Part shown: positions 59,924 through 64,000 of the stretch, piece by piece
How the letters are laid out: each line of letters begins with the position of its first letter
Position numbering within the stretch: position 1 is the first letter of the stretch
Assembly (NCBI GenBank): GCA_964016885.1
Contig: OZ024742.1
Span: 31,186,001 to 31,250,000, forward strand
Length of the DNA: 64,000 nucleotides
Direction of reading: 5' to 3'
Source: Eledone cirrhosa
Lineage: Eukaryota
The notes under the pieces: generated by a model
Databases searched by the model: none
What the model saw: the letters and a program-made list of their open reading frames with translations, nothing else
What the model was told of the DNA's origin: nothing
Program-made: the position numbers and the translations under genes

Positions 59924-61891
59924 TTAGGTAAGGCGGGTCTTCTCTATTACTGAGTACCGCCAAAGGTCTCGGTCCAGTGACATTGTCTTGGAGAGGTGTA
60001 AGCGTGTGAGGTCGGAATTTATCAGCTCGTCCCATGTTTTTCTGGGTCTGCCTACTCCGTGGCTACCGTCTATCTTTATTGCCCTGCACTTTGTTATACA
60101 GCTGTCGTCTTTCATGCGCATCACGTGACCGTACCAACGTAGCCTTCTCTCGAGTAAACAACATCTGATCCCTCTTATTTCTAATTTTTTCCTTAGTTCG
60201 TCTATGCTTTGCCGTTCACGTATATTACTATTGCACATCCAGCGGAGCATGCAAGCTTCGTTCCTCTCTAGTCTGCGTATATCCTCTGCACACAATGCCC
60301 AGGTCTCACTGCCATGCAGCATTGCTGTTCGTATGCAGGCATCGTATAACCTGCCTTTCATTTTTAGGCAGAACCCTCTAGCGGCTAATAGTGGTATAAG
60401 CTCTCTGAACTTTTTCCATCCAGTTCTGACTCTAGCTACTGTACTTTCAGAGCACCCTCCCCCACTGCTGATTTTGTCACCCAGGTAACGGAAGCTGTCC
60501 ACTATTTCTATAGAACCCTCTGCGCAGTTGAAGGAGCTAGTATTCTGTGGGCACTTGCTGCTACTTATTGCACCAGAGCACCGGCCACATGTAAAATCTA
60601 TGTTCTTAGTTAGCTTACCTGTGATCCCACTACATCTTTTATGCACCCATACTTTGCATTTGGGACATAAAATGGAGTTTCTACCTACGCCTTTCCTACA
60701 CACTGAGCATGGCCACTTCCCAGATGGGACCGCCGCCTTATTTTCTTTCCTACAAACTAGAACTTTAGTCTTAGCCAGGTTAATTTTAAGGCCTTTTGAT
60801 TCTAGGCCGTGCTTCCATGTTTGGAATTTCTTCTCTAGTTCGGTCATTGATTCAGCTATGAGCGTTAGATCATCTGCGTATAGGAGTTCCCATGGGAAGC
60901 CGGTCTTGAACTCCTCTGTTATAGCCTGAAGGGCAATAATAAATAGTAGGGGGCTAAGAACAGAGCCCTGATGGACACCAACTTTTACGCTAAACTCTTC
61001 ACTATATTCGTTGTTAATTCTAACCTTACTGACTGTTTCTTTATACATGGCTTGTATAGCTCTCACAAGCCATTCGTCAACACCTAGTTTTCTAAGAGAC
61101 CACCAGATAATGGAACGGGGAACTCTGTCGAAGGCTTTCTCCAAGTCGACGAAAGCTAAGTATAGGGGTTTACTTTTAGCTAGGTACTTCTCCTGTAGTT
61201 GTCGTACAATGAAAAGAGCGTCTGTGGTACTTTTGCCTGACACAAACCCGAACTGCATTTCATCTAGATCAATTCTCTCTCTGATTAGTTGCGCTATTAC
61301 TTTTTCCGTGACCTTCATGACCTGGTCGATTAATTTAATGCCTCTATAGTTACTCCTATCTAGGGCATCTCCTTTTCCCTTATAGCAGTTAACGATGATG
61401 CTGCTACGCCAGTCCTTCGGAACAACCCCATTCTGTACGACTTGGTTAACTATCCGGGTGACCATGGTGTGTCCCACCGAACCAGATGCCTTCAGCATCT
61501 CAGCAACTATTTCCGAAGGACCAGCCGCCTTACCCGTCTTCATATCTTTGATTGCCTTGCTTATTGTACTACCCTGGACTAACACTGCTGGTCCCTCTAT
61601 TGGGTCGATGTGGGGGAGACTGTCTTTCTCCCATTTGTTCTCCTCATTTAGAAGCCTTTCGTAGTGACACTTCCAAGCTACCTTCTTATCAGCGTCGGTG
61701 ATGGCAAGTATGCCATCATCGTTAAGTACACACTTCTCCCCGACAATATCACGGTTTTCCTTGACACATTGCCTGGCAATCCTGAACATCTCACGTTTTT
61801 GGTCCTCATGTTGTAGAACATGCTTGAACTTTCTTTCCTCTGCTTCCCTTCTTGCGAAGTACACTTGTCTCCTAGCTTCCCTCCTGGCCAC
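59924..61891 (-). CDS. LINE reverse transcriptase with embedded PHD-like Cys/His finger
   Basis: NYRGIKL, QFGFVSGKSTTDA, FVDLEKAFDRV, GVHQGSVLSPLLF, LLYADD, CSVC..CPKC..VHKRC..CGRC, MLHGSETW, RLRWYGHV. Confidence 0.93.
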   Translation of the reverse strand: MARREARRQVYFARREAEERKFKHVLQHEDQKREMFRIARQCVKENRDIVGEKCVLNDDGILAITDADKKVAWKCHYERLLNEENKWEKDSLPHIDPIEGPAVLVQGSTISKAIKDMKTGKAAGPSEIVAEMLKASGSVGHTMVTRIVNQVVQNGVVPKDWRSSIIVNCYKGKGDALDRSNYRGIKLIDQVMKVTEKVIAQLIRERIDLDEMQFGFVSGKSTTDALFIVRQLQEKYLAKSKPLYLAFVDLEKAFDRVPRSIIWWSLRKLGVDEWLVRAIQAMYKETVSKVRINNEYSEEFSVKVGVHQGSVLSPLLFIIALQAITEEFKTGFPWELLYADDLTLIAESMTELEKKFQTWKHGLESKGLKINLAKTKVLVCRKENKAAVPSGKWPCSVCRKGVGRNSILCPKCKVWVHKRCSGITGKLTKNIDFTCGRCSGAISSSKCPQNTSSFNCAEGSIEIVDSFRYLGDKISSGGGCSESTVARVRTGWKKFRELIPLLAARGFCLKMKGRLYDACIRTAMLHGSETWALCAEDIRRLERNEACMLRWMCNSNIRERQSIDELRKKLEIRGIRCCLLERRLRWYGHVMRMKDDSCITKCRAIKIDGSHGVGRPRKTWDELINSDLTRLHLSKTMSLDRDLWRYSVIEKTRLT

Positions 61892-61988
61892 TTGATAGTC
61901 TTCTCTACTTCCCCCATCCCGCCATACTTTCCAAGCCTGCTTTTGGCCTTAATTGACTCCTCCACCTTACTGTTCCACCACCATGTTA

Positions 61989-62702
61989 CTACTCGCTAAT
62001 TATCAGTCTATGTTGGGAGGTGAATTCTTCATGGGGGAGGGATTTAGTGTTAACAACAGACACTCTGTCACGTCTTCTGGTAAGGATATAATCTACCTGG
62101 CTTGTGTGTTCCCCCGATCTATAGGTGATCAAGTGATTGTCTCGTTTTTTGAAGTTAGTGTTACAGATAGTTAAGTTATTTGCGTCGCAGAATTCCAGGA
62201 TTCTGGAGCCTTCCTCATTTCTAGTACCGAACCCATAGCCTCCATGGATTCCGTCATAGCCGTCACAATGTTGTCCAACGTGACCATTTAGGTCGGCTGC
62301 AATAACTATATAGTCACTGTCGGTTATTTGGGAGGTAGCGAGCATCAGTGTCTCGTAGAATCTGTCTTTTATAGCGCCGGGCAGTCCGGATTGGGGTGCG
62401 TACGCAGATATTACTGTCACCGTAGTTTTATTGAGGACAAGTCTTATTTTAATTATTCTGTCGTTCACTCTATTTACGTCTATTATCTTATCTGCCCACT
62501 TTTCTGCTACCATGATTCCTACCCCACCCAACCCATTGTCATTTCCCACCCAGAAAAGCTTATAGCATCGTTCTTTACCCACGATGAATCTAGCCGACCC
62601 TCCCCTCCACCTGGTCTCTTGAATACAACAAACATCGACCTCCTTACGTTCAAGCATTTCTACAACCTCGTTAGAGCGACCCTTTAAGGTGCCTACATTC
62701 AT
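61989..62702 (-). CDS. LINE apurinic-like endonuclease domain
   Basis: NVGTL, CIQETRW, GVGI, SAYAPQ, DLNGHVG, VDYIL, QHR. Joined to TWWWN by a deletion at ~61990. Confidence 0.9.
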   Translation of the reverse strand: MNVGTLKGRSNEVVEMLERKEVDVCCIQETRWRGGSARFIVGKERCYKLFWVGNDNGLGGVGIMVAEKWADKIIDVNRVNDRIIKIRLVLNKTTVTVISAYAPQSGLPGAIKDRFYETLMLATSQITDSDYIVIAADLNGHVGQHCDGYDGIHGGYGFGTRNEEGSRILEFCDANNLTICNTNFKKRDNHLITYRSGEHTSQVDYILTRRRDRVSVVNTKSLPHEEFTSQHRLIISE

Positions 62703-62807
62703 GGTACCAACTCTGAAGTTTTGGATTGCGTTTGGAGGGTGGGAGCGGTGGGGCGCGGGGGGGATGGGGTTATGTTAGCCATGGATCTCGGGAATTTTAC
62801 CCGCCTT

Positions 62808-63313
<506 letters not shown>

Positions 63314-63319
63314 ATATAT

Positions 63320-63365
<46 letters not shown>

Positions 63366-63374
<9 letters not shown>

Positions 63375-63665
63375 TAATATTAATAAATGGAAAATATCAT
63401 ATTTATTTTATTATACGTATTTCAAAGGTACTAATATTTAAGTACGCTTTCGTCAGATAAAATATAATAATTGGTGTTAAGACAGTGACATATCTTCATG
63501 TAAACTTAATGGTATAAGTCTGGACTTATACCATTATCCCTGAAATACGTATAATAAAATTAATAAAATAAATATGGTTTTATAAAGATATTTTCCATTT
63601 ATTAATATTATTAATATTAATGATACTCCAAATAAAGCTTGTTAGGTGCTTCTAATCTGTTGTAA
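63366..63665. mobile_element. PLE pLTR inverted mini-insert with a central 14-bp hairpin
   Basis: 63366-63424 mirrors 63541-63619. TAATGGTATAAGTC-TG-GACTTATACCATTA lies at 63507-63536. Confidence 0.7.
63405..63463 (-). ncRNA. Type I hammerhead ribozyme
   Basis: ATTTTAT-CTGACGA-AAGCGTACT...AGTACCTTT-GAAA-TACGTA-TA-ATAAAAT. Confidence 0.8.
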
Positions 63666-64000
63666 GATTAACTTTGTTGAATAATCAACAAACCATATAA
63701 CTCATTATATATAGTCTGATGACCCTCTGATAAACTGGCGAAACTCTAGTGTAATATGACTCACTATTTAGCTTTAATAAACTGAATATTAAAACTCTAC
63801 TTCGGTATTGAGTACTTTTTTCTCTCACCATTCAACCTTCTTTCGCCCCCTCTGTCATGTCAGTTAACTCTTCCTCACACTTTCACTCACTCACTGTTTC
63901 TCCTCTCTTCATTTCATCCTGTACACCACGAAGGCTATTTTTCTCTCTTCTCACATGGCCATCGTTCGTGTCAGGTCTTTTTTCTAAAACGCTCATATAT

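Overview
An AT-rich, eukaryotic, repeat-only window with no recognisable host exon. The tRNA-derived SINE families and repeat landscape resemble octopod cephalopod DNA, which is an inference. Most listed ORFs are microsatellite artefacts. The real coding remnants are all retroelements: Penelope-like elements (PLEs; RT plus C-terminal GIY-YIG) at 1-2320, as two ~5-kb inverted duplications (33060-38222 and 38736-43705), a Hydra-type 3' fragment (55443-56868) and a decayed RT fragment; a near-full RTE-clade LINE (59417-62775) plus RTE fragments and derivatives; and an RLE (R4/Dong-like) 3' end inside a (TACA)n array. There are also two non-autonomous Helitrons and many SINEs. Manual folding finds about 17 type I hammerhead ribozyme motifs from about 12 families, nearly all inside (TA)n tracts. 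The most notable are non-coding tandem units with one hammerhead per unit, which are retrozyme-like and predict circular RNAs: a 609-bp array (24611-26086) and a ~594-bp array (53235-54128), both with a variant UUGAUAA core (U3:A8 instead of C3:G8) and long helix II, plus a 442-bp array with a canonical core. Many inserts share one architecture: an inverted copy lacking a short 3' tail, with foldback or stutter sequence at the junction. All ribozyme calls are by eye and untested.
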